DNA of 64,000 nt, taken from assembly GCA_016199625.1 (NCBI GenBank), contig JACQGI010000015.1:3822-67821 (forward strand), in the 5' to 3' direction. Shown here in pieces: positions 41,583 to 50,845 of this stretch (positions are counted from its first letter, which is position 1; the number at the start of each line of letters is the position of its first letter). The notes below the pieces were generated by a model. The model saw only the letters and a program-made list of their open reading frames with translations. It was not told where the DNA came from and ran no database searches. Source of the DNA: Acidobacteriota bacterium (GTDB lineage Bacteria > Acidobacteriota > Vicinamibacteria > Fen-336). Both the position numbers and the translations under genes were made by a program.

Positions 41583-44045
41583 ATGCGACTCGGTCCTGTG
41601 GCCCGCGCCTGCGGCCTCGCGTTCCTGACGGCGGCTTGCACCCTCTGCATCCAGATCCTCGTTCACCGGGCGATCTCGGCGAAGCTGCTCAACAACTTCG
41701 CCTTCCTGGTGATCTCCCTCACGATGCTGGGCTTCGCCCTGTCCGGAGTGCTGCTGACCCGCCTCTTGCCGCGGTTCCTCTCGCGCCTTCCCGACGCGGT
41801 CACGACCTGCGCGGCCCTGCTCGTGCTCACCCTGCTGGGAGCCACGATCCTCTTCTACGACGCCGACATCTTCCAGGCCGCCCGCAACCGCCCCCACTTC
41901 GTCGTCCTCTTCCTCAAGACCATCCCCTACGCGCTCGTCTTCGCCGTTCCCTTCACGTTCTGCGGCCTGATCCTGGGCGCCCTGCTGTCCTCCCCCGAGC
42001 TCCCGACGCGCCGCGTCTACTTCTACGACCTCCTGGGCTCGGCGGTAGGCGCCTTCGCTGTGATCCAAGTGATCAGCGCCCTCGGCGTCGAGAACGGTCT
42101 CCTTCTCTCTTGCGCGGTGATGCTCACCGGCGCGGTGCTCCTCGCGCCACCGCACGGGCCGGTGGCCCGCAGCCTGGCGGCGGCAGCCGCGGTGGCGATC
42201 GCCTCGTGCGTCGCCTTCGAGGATCGCGCCTTCGTGATGCGGTATCCGAAGGGAACTGTCCTGGACGGGATCACGGCGAACGCGCGTGGCGAGTACGGGA
42301 TCGAGACCGTCGTCTGGGACCCCGTGGCCCGGATCGAGGTGTCTCGGATCCGCCCCGTGGACCCCGAAAGGATGTTCTATCGGAGCCTCGTCGGGACCAA
42401 CCAGGCGTTCCACGCGCGGTTCAAGCGGATGCTGACGCAGAACAACAACGCCTGGACGTACGCCGTGGAGTACGACGGGACCCGGGAGTCCCTCACGGGG
42501 ATCGAGGAGACGATCTACGCCGCCGCCTACCAGGCCGCCTCGGTCCGGGCTCCGAGGGTCGGCGTCGTCGGCGTGGGCGGGGGCTTCGACATCCTGAACG
42601 CCCTGTACTTCGGCGCCTCCCGGGTCACGGCCGTGGAGGTGAACGCGGCCACGGTGTCCCTCCTGAGAAACCGGTACCGCGACTACTTCAGGCACTGGGT
42701 CGACGACCCGCGCGTGAACCTGGTCCTCGGCGAGGGGCGGCACTACCTGTGGAGCACCGACGAGACGTACGACGTCCTCCAGCTCTCCGGGGTGGACTCC
42801 TTCGCGGGGACGGCCGCGGCGGCCCACGTGTTCTCGGAGAACTACCTCTACACCGCCGAGGCCTTCGACCTCTACCTCTCCCGCCTCACCGACCAGGGCA
42901 TCCTGAACATGATGCGCCTCGAGTACTGGCCTCCGCGGGAGATGCTGAGGGCCCTCGTGACGGCGGTCGAGGCCCTGCGCCGCGCCGGCGTCGCGCACCC
43001 AGCCGACCACATCCTGATGCTCACCGACACCCCGTCCCCTGTCTTCACGGCCCTCCTCGTCAAGAAGACGCCCTTCACGGCCGAGGAGCGAGGGCGGATC
43101 GTCGAGTGGGCGGACCGGAGCGCTCAGTTCGAGGTCTCGGCGGCGCCCGGCATGAGCCCCGAGGCGACCACGTACCAGCTGTTCCTGAGCCTCGACGACC
43201 CGAAGCGAGAGCGTGCCTTCGTGGCCGGCTATCCCTGGAACGTGGCACCGGCGGGAGACGACCGCCCCTTCTTCTTCAATTACTCCTTCTGGTGGCATCT
43301 CTTCCCCGCGGACTCCACGGTCTGGGCCAACACGCCGGTCATGGAGTACTCCATCCTGATCCTGGGTGGGGTCGTGGCCCTGGCGACCCTCGCCTGCATC
43401 TACGTGCCCCTCCGGCTCCTGGCCGGGCGCGCCGCGACGACCCCCGCCAGGAAGAGGTACGGCGTCTACTTCGCCGGGGCGGGGGTCGGCTACATGGCCG
43501 TCGAGATCGCCCTGCTGCAGAAGTTCGGCCTGTTCCTGGGGCACCCCAACTACTCGCTCTCGGTCGTCCTCGCGGCGCTGCTCCTGACGAGCGGCTTGGG
43601 CTCCCTTTTCTCGGCCCGGATCCTCTCGACGCTGAGGGAGATCCGCTTCGTCAGCTACGTCCTGGCGGGCCTGATCCTCGCCGAGTACGCCCTGATCTTC
43701 CCGCGCCTGTCGGGGCTCATCGGCCTTCCCTTCGCCGCCCGCGTCCTGATCGTGTTCGCCCTCGTCGCGCCCCTCGGCGTGTGCCTGGGCACGTTCGTCC
43801 CCACCGCACTCGACCGCCTGAAGCCCGAGGCCCCTTCGTACGTGCCCTGGGCGTGGGGCCTGAACGGGATCTTCTCGGTGTTGTCTCCCGTCCTGAGCAT
43901 CGCCTTCTCCATGACGTCGGGGATCAACGCTCTGCTGCTCGGGTCCATCCCGGTCTACCTCGTCACGGGCTTCGCTCTTCCCTCCCTCGCCGAGGGAGCC
44001 GAGGCCGTGGCGCTCTCGAGGCGCGCCGCAACCAAGCCGGCATGA
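41583..44045 (+). CDS. Fused membrane-transporter-like / spermidine-synthase-like SAM-domain protein
   Basis: About 7 TM, then VVGVGGGFD, AVEVN, EGRHYL..YDVLQ, SENYLYTAEAF, DDRPFFF, then about 7 TM. Confidence 0.85.
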   Translation: MRLGPVARACGLAFLTAACTLCIQILVHRAISAKLLNNFAFLVISLTMLGFALSGVLLTRLLPRFLSRLPDAVTTCAALLVLTLLGATILFYDADIFQAARNRPHFVVLFLKTIPYALVFAVPFTFCGLILGALLSSPELPTRRVYFYDLLGSAVGAFAVIQVISALGVENGLLLSCAVMLTGAVLLAPPHGPVARSLAAAAAVAIASCVAFEDRAFVMRYPKGTVLDGITANARGEYGIETVVWDPVARIEVSRIRPVDPERMFYRSLVGTNQAFHARFKRMLTQNNNAWTYAVEYDGTRESLTGIEETIYAAAYQAASVRAPRVGVVGVGGGFDILNALYFGASRVTAVEVNAATVSLLRNRYRDYFRHWVDDPRVNLVLGEGRHYLWSTDETYDVLQLSGVDSFAGTAAAAHVFSENYLYTAEAFDLYLSRLTDQGILNMMRLEYWPPREMLRALVTAVEALRRAGVAHPADHILMLTDTPSPVFTALLVKKTPFTAEERGRIVEWADRSAQFEVSAAPGMSPEATTYQLFLSLDDPKRERAFVAGYPWNVAPAGDDRPFFFNYSFWWHLFPADSTVWANTPVMEYSILILGGVVALATLACIYVPLRLLAGRAATTPARKRYGVYFAGAGVGYMAVEIALLQKFGLFLGHPNYSLSVVLAALLLTSGLGSLFSARILSTLREIRFVSYVLAGLILAEYALIFPRLSGLIGLPFAARVLIVFALVAPLGVCLGTFVPTALDRLKPEAPSYVPWAWGLNGIFSVLSPVLSIAFSMTSGINALLLGSIPVYLVTGFALPSLAEGAEAVALSRRAATKPA

Positions 44046-44049
44046 GGGC

Positions 44050-46515
44050 GTGAGCGGGCCGGGGGCCGTGCTCCGCGCCCTCCTGCGCCCGATCGCGTGG
44101 CCCCGCCCCGGCCGGGAGCACGTCCTCGCCCTGTTCGGCCTGGCCGCGCTCGTCGCCTTCCTGTTCCGGGGAGCGATCTTCGGAGGCGGGGTCCTCTTCC
44201 GCCGGGACATCAACATGGTGTGGCTGCCGCAGGTGGAGACCTTCGTCCACTGCGTGGCCGCGGGATCGTGGCCCTTGTGGGATCCCTTCTCGGGCTTCGG
44301 CCGGCCGCTCCTCGCCGATCCCCGGGCGGAGATCCTCTACCCGCCGACGTGGCTGAATCTCCTGATGTCTCCCGGCACCTACTACACGCTCTTCACGGCG
44401 ATCCACCTCGTGGGCTCGGGCTTGGGCCTGTACGGCCTCGCTCGGCGTTTTGGGGTCTCGCGCCTCGGCTCCCTCTTGGCCGGCGCTGTCTGGATCACCT
44501 CGGGTCCCCTGCTGTCCCTGGTCTCCATGTGGCACCACCTCGCGGGCGCCGCCTGGATCCCGTGGCTTTTCCTCGCCGGGGACCTGGCCCTCGATACTGG
44601 CCGCTGGCGGCACGTGCTCCTCTGGGGCGCGTGTCTCGCAGCACAGATCCTCGCGGGCTCCCCCGACTTCACTGCCCTGGCCCTTCCTTGTGTGGCGCTC
44701 TACGTCGTCGTGCGCCGGCCGTCCTGGCGCGCGTCGGCGTCTCCGCCCCGCCGTGGGCCCTTGGCGATCGCCGCCCTGGCCGGGGCCTTCGGCCTCGCCC
44801 TGTCGGCCGCCCAGTGGCTCCCGACCCTCGAGTGGGCCCTGGCGACGGCCCGGCCGGTCCTGCGATACGAGGACCGCACGACGTGGTCGCTGCACCCCCT
44901 GGCCCTCCTCGAGCTGCTGACGCCCCAGACCTGGGCGAGCCTCCCGCTGCAGCCGTCGCTCGCGACCACCCTCCTCGGGTTCAAGGAGCCCTGGCTCCAT
45001 TCGATCTTCTTCGGAGTTCCGGCTCTCGCGCTGGTGCTGGCGGGCGCGATCTCACGGCAGCCCCGAAGCCTTTTCCTGGCGGCCGTGGCCGTGGGATCCC
45101 TCCTCGTGGCCCTCGGTCGCTACGGCTGGGCCTATGACGCGGCGGTGTTCCTCATGCCACCCCTCAAGATGCTGCGTTACCCGGTGAAGGCGATGGTGCT
45201 GTCCGCCTTTGCCTGGTCCCTGCTGGCGGGCTTTGGCACGGACCTCTGGCGCAGAACGCAGGAGCGGCCCCGGCGCGTTTGGCTGCTGTCCGTGGTCGCG
45301 CCTCTGGGTCTCGTCCTGGGTCTCGCCCTCGCCGCCACCGCGGCCGCCGCTCACCGAGCCGAGGCCTGGGGGGCCAGCTTCCTGTCGGCCCCCACGGCCC
45401 TGCGAGGCGGGCTCCTCGCCCCCGTGGCGGCCGGCTTCGCCTCCACGGCGGCGGTCACGGGAGTCGTTCTCGTCCTCGCGCTCGCGGGGCTCCGGCGGCG
45501 GCCTCCGGGGGGCTGGCCGGCGGCCGCCCTGGCCGCCTTGGCTGTCGGCCAGCTCGTCGTGGCGCACCGCGACCTCCACGTGGTCGGCCACCGCGACCTG
45601 TTCCGCCTGCGGCCGCCCGTGCTGGCCTACCTCGAGGGCGAGGGCTTTCCCCGGCTCTACGTGTACGACTACTCCATCCTGACCGAGCCGCAGCCCCGAT
45701 CCAACCCGCAGGCTCTCGAGGCCTACCGTGTGGCGAGAGTGCCTCTGGGCTGGACCTTCCCGGAGGCCCTCGTGCTCGGTGTCCACTTCTACCTGAACCC
45801 GCCGACCGCGGCCCGCTGGCGCCTCCCGGGCAGCTTCGACCACGACATCCTCGGATTCGAGCCCGTGCCGCTGGCGCGGCTCGTCGAATTCCTGCGAAAG
45901 GTCGAGGACACGCCGGGCCACGAGCGTCTCCTCCGCATCGGCGGCGTGCGCTACGTCCTGGCCCTCGTGCCTGGCGCCTGGTGGCGCGATCTCGTGCCGA
46001 CGGCCACCGTGGAGGGCATACTCGAGCGTCCGATCCAGGTGCTCCGCGTCCGTGACCCGTTGCCGCGAACCTACGTCGTCGACGGTGTCCGTTTGGCCGA
46101 CGGGGAGGAGGCGCAGGCCATGCTCGTCGATCCGGAGTTCGATCCGACGCGGGAGGTCGTCCTGCCCGCAGGCGCTCCCCGGACCGCCGGACCGTCGCCG
46201 CCCGGCACGAGTCGGATCCTCGCGCTAAGGCCGGACCACGTGACCCTCGAGGCCGATCTCGTCCGCCCGGGCCTGGCCGTCCTTCTCGACGCCTACGATC
46301 CCGGCTGGCGGGCCACGGTGGACGGCTCGCCCGCCGAGGTGCTGCGCGCCAACGTGGCCTTCCGGGCCGTGGAGGTCCCCCCGGGCCGTCACCGCATCGA
46401 GTACGTATACCGGCCGCGGGGCGTGAGAGCCGGCGGCGCCCTCTCCGTGGCTGCGCTCTTCGCAGGATTGCTCTCTGCGGCGATGGGCGCCAGGAGACCT
46501 CCGGAGGCCCCGTGA
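44050..46515 (+). CDS. YfhO-like GT-C membrane glycosyltransferase (paralogue 1)
   Basis: FRRDIN, GSWPLWDP..G.PLLA, LYPPTWL, AAQWLP, LRYPVK, C-terminal YDPGWRATVDG..RANVAFRAV..G.H.IEY.YRP. Confidence 0.87.
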   Translation: MSGPGAVLRALLRPIAWPRPGREHVLALFGLAALVAFLFRGAIFGGGVLFRRDINMVWLPQVETFVHCVAAGSWPLWDPFSGFGRPLLADPRAEILYPPTWLNLLMSPGTYYTLFTAIHLVGSGLGLYGLARRFGVSRLGSLLAGAVWITSGPLLSLVSMWHHLAGAAWIPWLFLAGDLALDTGRWRHVLLWGACLAAQILAGSPDFTALALPCVALYVVVRRPSWRASASPPRRGPLAIAALAGAFGLALSAAQWLPTLEWALATARPVLRYEDRTTWSLHPLALLELLTPQTWASLPLQPSLATTLLGFKEPWLHSIFFGVPALALVLAGAISRQPRSLFLAAVAVGSLLVALGRYGWAYDAAVFLMPPLKMLRYPVKAMVLSAFAWSLLAGFGTDLWRRTQERPRRVWLLSVVAPLGLVLGLALAATAAAAHRAEAWGASFLSAPTALRGGLLAPVAAGFASTAAVTGVVLVLALAGLRRRPPGGWPAAALAALAVGQLVVAHRDLHVVGHRDLFRLRPPVLAYLEGEGFPRLYVYDYSILTEPQPRSNPQALEAYRVARVPLGWTFPEALVLGVHFYLNPPTAARWRLPGSFDHDILGFEPVPLARLVEFLRKVEDTPGHERLLRIGGVRYVLALVPGAWWRDLVPTATVEGILERPIQVLRVRDPLPRTYVVDGVRLADGEEAQAMLVDPEFDPTREVVLPAGAPRTAGPSPPGTSRILALRPDHVTLEADLVRPGLAVLLDAYDPGWRATVDGSPAEVLRANVAFRAVEVPPGRHRIEYVYRPRGVRAGGALSVAALFAGLLSAAMGARRPPEAP

Positions 46516-49001
46516 GCCTGTTGAGGCGGGCGGTTCGGATCCCCCGCGCCCCGCGGGAATACGTGGCGGCCGTCCTGGGGCTCCTCGTCCTCGTCCTCTT
46601 CCTGTTCCGCGACGTGGTCTTCGGCGGCCGCGTCCTGTTCTTGCGCGACGTTCATCTGCAGTGGTACGGGCAGGTGGAGAGCCTGGTCCACGCCGTGACG
46701 TCGGGTTCGTGGCCCCTCTGGGACCCCTACGTGTCCTTCGGCCAGCCCCTCCTCGCGAACGCCAACGCGCAGGTCCTCTACCCGCCGACTTGGCTCAACC
46801 TTCTGATGCGTCCGTGGACCTACTACACGGTGTTCGTGCTGGCGCATCTCCTCATCGCCGGAACGGGCCTCTACGCCCTGGGACGGCGCTTCGGACTTTC
46901 CCCGCCGGGCGCCTTCGCCGCCGCAGCCGCGTGGACGGCCTCGGGGCCGGTTCTCTCCTTGGGAAACCTCTGGAACCACCTCGGCGCCGCAGCCTGGCTT
47001 CCCTGGGCGCTCCTGGCAGCCGACGTTGCCGTGAAGTCGGGGCGGCCGCGCGATGTCGTCCTGTCCGGCTCCGCCCTCGCCCTCCAGGTTCTGGCGGGAT
47101 CTCCCGACGTACTCGCGATGACGGCTGCGTTGGCCGCAGCCAATGCCCTCCGTCACGTGGATCGACGACACATCGCCGGAGCGGTCAACCGCCGGGTCGC
47201 GGCGGTGCTGCTGGGGACTTTCGTCTTCGCCGCGGCTCTTTCCGCTGGCCAGGCCCTCCCCTCGGCCGAGCTGGCGTCCCGTGCGGGGCGCTTCGGCCTG
47301 ACGGCGCAGGAGCGCGGCTATTGGTCGATGCACCCACTCTCCATGCTCCAGACGGCCGTCCGGGTCTCCTGGACCGAGATCCCCCTGCGGGAGGGCTACC
47401 GTGAAGTCGTCTTCGAGTCGCGGGAGCCTCTTCTCCTCTCTGTCTACCTGGGCCTCCCCGTCCTTGGACTCGGACTAGCGGCCTTTGCGGGACCGGCGCT
47501 TCCGGGCCGAGCGCTGTTCGCCTGGGGTGCCGTGACCGCAGTCCTCCTCGCCCTGGGACGCCACGCGCCGTTCTACGGCCTCGCGGCGGCGGTCCTGCCT
47601 CCGCTGCAGGTCCTCCGCTTCCCGTCCAAGGCGATGATCGCCGCGGCGCTCTGCCTCGGGTTGCTCGCGGGCATGGGTGTGGACGTCTGGCGGCAGAACG
47701 ATGCCGTCCGAGGGCGGCGATGGATCCTCCGGGTGACTCTACCTCTCGCGACGGGGATGCTCTTCCTCGGTCTTGCGGCTCAACTGGCCTCGAGCCGGGC
47801 CGCAGAGTGGGGACCGGAGGTTCTCCACGCGCCGGCGGCGGGCTCCACCTACGCCACGGTGGCGGCTCCGATCACGCGCGCCCTGGCCGAGGCGTCGGTC
47901 CTCAGCGGTACCCTGGCCTTGGCGAGCCTCCTGCGCGGCCGAGGGGCACGGGCCGGGCGGGCGGCGGGGGCCGCGGCGACAGTCCTCGCGGTGGCTGACC
48001 TGCTCGGCGCCCACGCCGATCTGAACGCCACGGCTCCCAGACAGCTCTACACCTTGCGCCCGGACGTCCTCGACCATGTGGCGCCGCAATCCGACCATCG
48101 ACGACTCTACGTCGTGGACTACCAGGACGACCCCAGGTTCAGCCAAAGGTGGTTGAAACGCGCGGTCCCGTACGTGGTCCAGACGCCCGACGGGCAGGCA
48201 CCCCTCTTGTGGCGAGCGGCGTTGGCGGCCAGGATCTACCCGGCGCCGCCCGTGGCGGGCGCCTGGCGGGTCCACGGGAGCTATGCCAGGGACTTGCTTC
48301 GGATTCAGCCTCCCGAGTTGAGGGTTCTCCATGGGCTGCTGGTGCGTGGCCACGCGACCCCGCTCTTCCTTCGACTCCTGCGCCTGGGCGCCGTCAGCCA
48401 GGTTGCAGCGCTTCACGACCCCCCCGTCGGTCTCGAGCCCGAGGTGACCCTGCCCGGCCCCTATTTCGAGCCCATACGCCTCTTCCGAGTTCCCGATCCG
48501 CTGCCGCGCGCCTACGCGGTGGGCGGCGTCCGCGTGGCGAATACGTCCGGCGAGGCCGTGGACGTGCTCTTGGATCCGACCTTCGACCCCGCGCGAGAGG
48601 TGATCCTGCCGTCGGGAAGGTCGCAGCCACCACCGGCGAGCTTCAGGGGTGCGGTGCGCCTGCTCGCGCTCAAGCCCGATCGCGTCACCCTCGAGGCCGA
48701 CCTGGAGAGCGACGGGCTCGTCGTCCTCGCCGACGCCTTCGACCCGGGCTGGCGTGCCTCGGTCGACGGCCGCGATGTTCCCCTGCTGCGTGCGAATCTG
48801 GCGTTCCGCGCCGTCGCCGTGTCCGCCGGCCGGCACGTCGTGGAGATGGCCTATCGCCCCCGTTCGGTAGCGGCGGGGCTGCTGCTCTCGGCTGCCGCGA
48901 TCGTGGGCGGCGCCACGCTTCTCCTGCGGCCGACTCGTGCCAGGCCACGTCCATCGGGGACGGATTCGGCTCCATTTGACCGGGTTGCGGGGCGAGCGTA
49001 G
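46512..49001 (+). CDS. YfhO-like GT-C membrane glycosyltransferase (paralogue 2)
   Basis: FLRDVH, GSWPLWDP, LYPPTWLNL, FESREP, LRFPSK, FDPGWRASVDG..RANLAFRAV. Confidence 0.87.
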   Translation: MSLLRRAVRIPRAPREYVAAVLGLLVLVLFLFRDVVFGGRVLFLRDVHLQWYGQVESLVHAVTSGSWPLWDPYVSFGQPLLANANAQVLYPPTWLNLLMRPWTYYTVFVLAHLLIAGTGLYALGRRFGLSPPGAFAAAAAWTASGPVLSLGNLWNHLGAAAWLPWALLAADVAVKSGRPRDVVLSGSALALQVLAGSPDVLAMTAALAAANALRHVDRRHIAGAVNRRVAAVLLGTFVFAAALSAGQALPSAELASRAGRFGLTAQERGYWSMHPLSMLQTAVRVSWTEIPLREGYREVVFESREPLLLSVYLGLPVLGLGLAAFAGPALPGRALFAWGAVTAVLLALGRHAPFYGLAAAVLPPLQVLRFPSKAMIAAALCLGLLAGMGVDVWRQNDAVRGRRWILRVTLPLATGMLFLGLAAQLASSRAAEWGPEVLHAPAAGSTYATVAAPITRALAEASVLSGTLALASLLRGRGARAGRAAGAAATVLAVADLLGAHADLNATAPRQLYTLRPDVLDHVAPQSDHRRLYVVDYQDDPRFSQRWLKRAVPYVVQTPDGQAPLLWRAALAARIYPAPPVAGAWRVHGSYARDLLRIQPPELRVLHGLLVRGHATPLFLRLLRLGAVSQVAALHDPPVGLEPEVTLPGPYFEPIRLFRVPDPLPRAYAVGGVRVANTSGEAVDVLLDPTFDPAREVILPSGRSQPPPASFRGAVRLLALKPDRVTLEADLESDGLVVLADAFDPGWRASVDGRDVPLLRANLAFRAVAVSAGRHVVEMAYRPRSVAAGLLLSAAAIVGGATLLLRPTRARPRPSGTDSAPFDRVAGRA

Positions 49002-49011
49002 CCTGTGCGCC

Positions 49012-50838
49012 ATGACCGCGGGCCCTCCCGGCACAGAGCCAACTGCTGCCGGGATGGCGTCTCCCTGGTCTTTGCCCGGGGGGCTCGGCATCGTTCACGT
49101 CGTGGCGCTGGGCCTCGTCCTGCGGCTCACCCACCTCGCCTTCGTCGCGCCGACGCCGATGTTCGACTACCACCGGACCTTCGTCGACTCCGACATGTAC
49201 ATCTTCGACCAGTGGGCGCGGCGCATCGTCGGGGGAGATCCCCTCGGCCGGCAGCCGTTCCACTACGTCGCGCAGTGGGAACGCCATCATGCCCCTGAGG
49301 AGAAGTGGGCGACATGGTTCGGGCGGACGCCGGTCTTCTACAAAGCACCGGCCTATGCGTATCTAGTGGCTCTCCTCTATTGGGTCTTCGGGGACCCCAT
49401 GCTCCCCCTGGCGGCGCTGCAGATCCTGGCTTCGGTCCTGGCCATCGTGCTGCTCCTGCGCGTCACGGAACAGCTCGTGGGCCGGCCAGCCGGCCTTGCG
49501 GCGGCCCTCTTCCTGGCCGTCTACGCGCCGGCGATCCATTTCGACGTGACCATGCTCCGAGGCACCTGGATCGCCGTCACGTCCCTGGCCGTCACCTGGC
49601 GCTCGCTGGCGGTCCGCTCCCAACCCAGCGGGTCAAACGCCCTCTTCCTGGGACTGTCGGTGGGAGCGGCCCTGCTCTTCAACGAGGCCTTCGCACCGGC
49701 CGTCTTCCTGGTGGCGGGACTCTTCTTCGTCTCGGCTCGCCAGCGGCTCTTCGTGCTGCTCGCCGGCTACGCGGCAGGTCTGGCTCTGGCCCTCTTGCCG
49801 GTCGTCGTGCGAAACCATCTCGTGGGTGCGCCGTTGTTCCAGTGGGCCGTCCTCGGGGGAGTGGCGTTCGCCATCTGCAACACCGCCGGGGCGAGCCCAT
49901 ACTTCTTCGAGCCGCGCCCGGACAAGTACGTCCCCGTGATCGAGGCCAGCGGAGGGAGCCTTCTGGCGACGGCCCTGGGTTGCCTGCGGTCGTTCGATGG
50001 CCCGCTCGACGTGATGTTGTTCTACTTGAAGCGGACCGCCGGCCTCATCGTGCCGTACGAGAATCCGGACAACGTCAACTTCTATTACGCCGCGCTGCAC
50101 AGCCCGATCCTGGGGGCGCTCCCCGGGTGGGCCGTGCTCTTCCCGGCGGTCGTGGTCGGCCTGGGTCTCGCGGTCCGTCGCCTCCGCGACCTCGCCCCGC
50201 TGCTCCCGGCGGGGCTCCCGCTCCTGGGCGCGCTCCTGCTCACCCTGCCCATGTCGCGGTACCGCACCGTCCTCGCCGTGTTCCTGATGCCGGCGGCAGG
50301 CCTCGCCCTCGCGCGCGCTGCGGTGTGGGTCCGCGAACGGAAGCCGGTCCCGGCGTTGGCCGTGGCCTTCGTCGCGATGGCAATCGCGGTGGGAACGCAG
50401 CTCCTGCAGACGAAACTGGTCTTCGGCGGACAGCCCGAAGGAGGGTTCCTCTACCGTCCTGTCGAGTTCTTGTTGAGCGCTCAGGTCTACGAGAGTCGCG
50501 GGCGGCTCGCCGACGCCGCACGCGAGGCTCTGGACGTCGCACGCCTCAACCCCGATCGCCGGCTGAAGGCGTCCGCCCTTGCGGTGCTCGGGCGCCTCCA
50601 GGGCCGGCAGGGCAACGCCGTCGCCGCGAAGGAGGCGCTGGCAGGGGCACGCCTCCTCGGTGCCGGCGACCCCTACCTGTTGGTGGAAGTCGCCGGGATC
50701 CAGGCGGACGTGCTCGCCGACAAGGCCGAGGCCCGTGCCACCTACGGCCTGGCCGTCCAGTCGGCCGACAGCGAGGCCCATCGCGCCTCGATCCGCGAGC
50801 GGCTGCGGCGCCTCGAAGCCGCACCAGGGGCGCAGTAG
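49012..50838 (+). CDS. ArnT/PMT-like GT-C glycosyltransferase with C-terminal TPR-like helices
   Basis: DSDMYIFDQWA loop after TM1, FYKAPAYAY, SRYR, polytopic, helical C-terminus. Confidence 0.78.
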   Translation: MTAGPPGTEPTAAGMASPWSLPGGLGIVHVVALGLVLRLTHLAFVAPTPMFDYHRTFVDSDMYIFDQWARRIVGGDPLGRQPFHYVAQWERHHAPEEKWATWFGRTPVFYKAPAYAYLVALLYWVFGDPMLPLAALQILASVLAIVLLLRVTEQLVGRPAGLAAALFLAVYAPAIHFDVTMLRGTWIAVTSLAVTWRSLAVRSQPSGSNALFLGLSVGAALLFNEAFAPAVFLVAGLFFVSARQRLFVLLAGYAAGLALALLPVVVRNHLVGAPLFQWAVLGGVAFAICNTAGASPYFFEPRPDKYVPVIEASGGSLLATALGCLRSFDGPLDVMLFYLKRTAGLIVPYENPDNVNFYYAALHSPILGALPGWAVLFPAVVVGLGLAVRRLRDLAPLLPAGLPLLGALLLTLPMSRYRTVLAVFLMPAAGLALARAAVWVRERKPVPALAVAFVAMAIAVGTQLLQTKLVFGGQPEGGFLYRPVEFLLSAQVYESRGRLADAAREALDVARLNPDRRLKASALAVLGRLQGRQGNAVAAKEALAGARLLGAGDPYLLVEVAGIQADVLADKAEARATYGLAVQSADSEAHRASIRERLRRLEAAPGAQ

Positions 50839-50845
50839 ACCGCCG

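Noticed and set aside
39289-44045. Annotation as polyamine biosynthesis (speE)
   Set aside because: GGGDG motif absent, no speD nearby, and the context is surface glycosylation.
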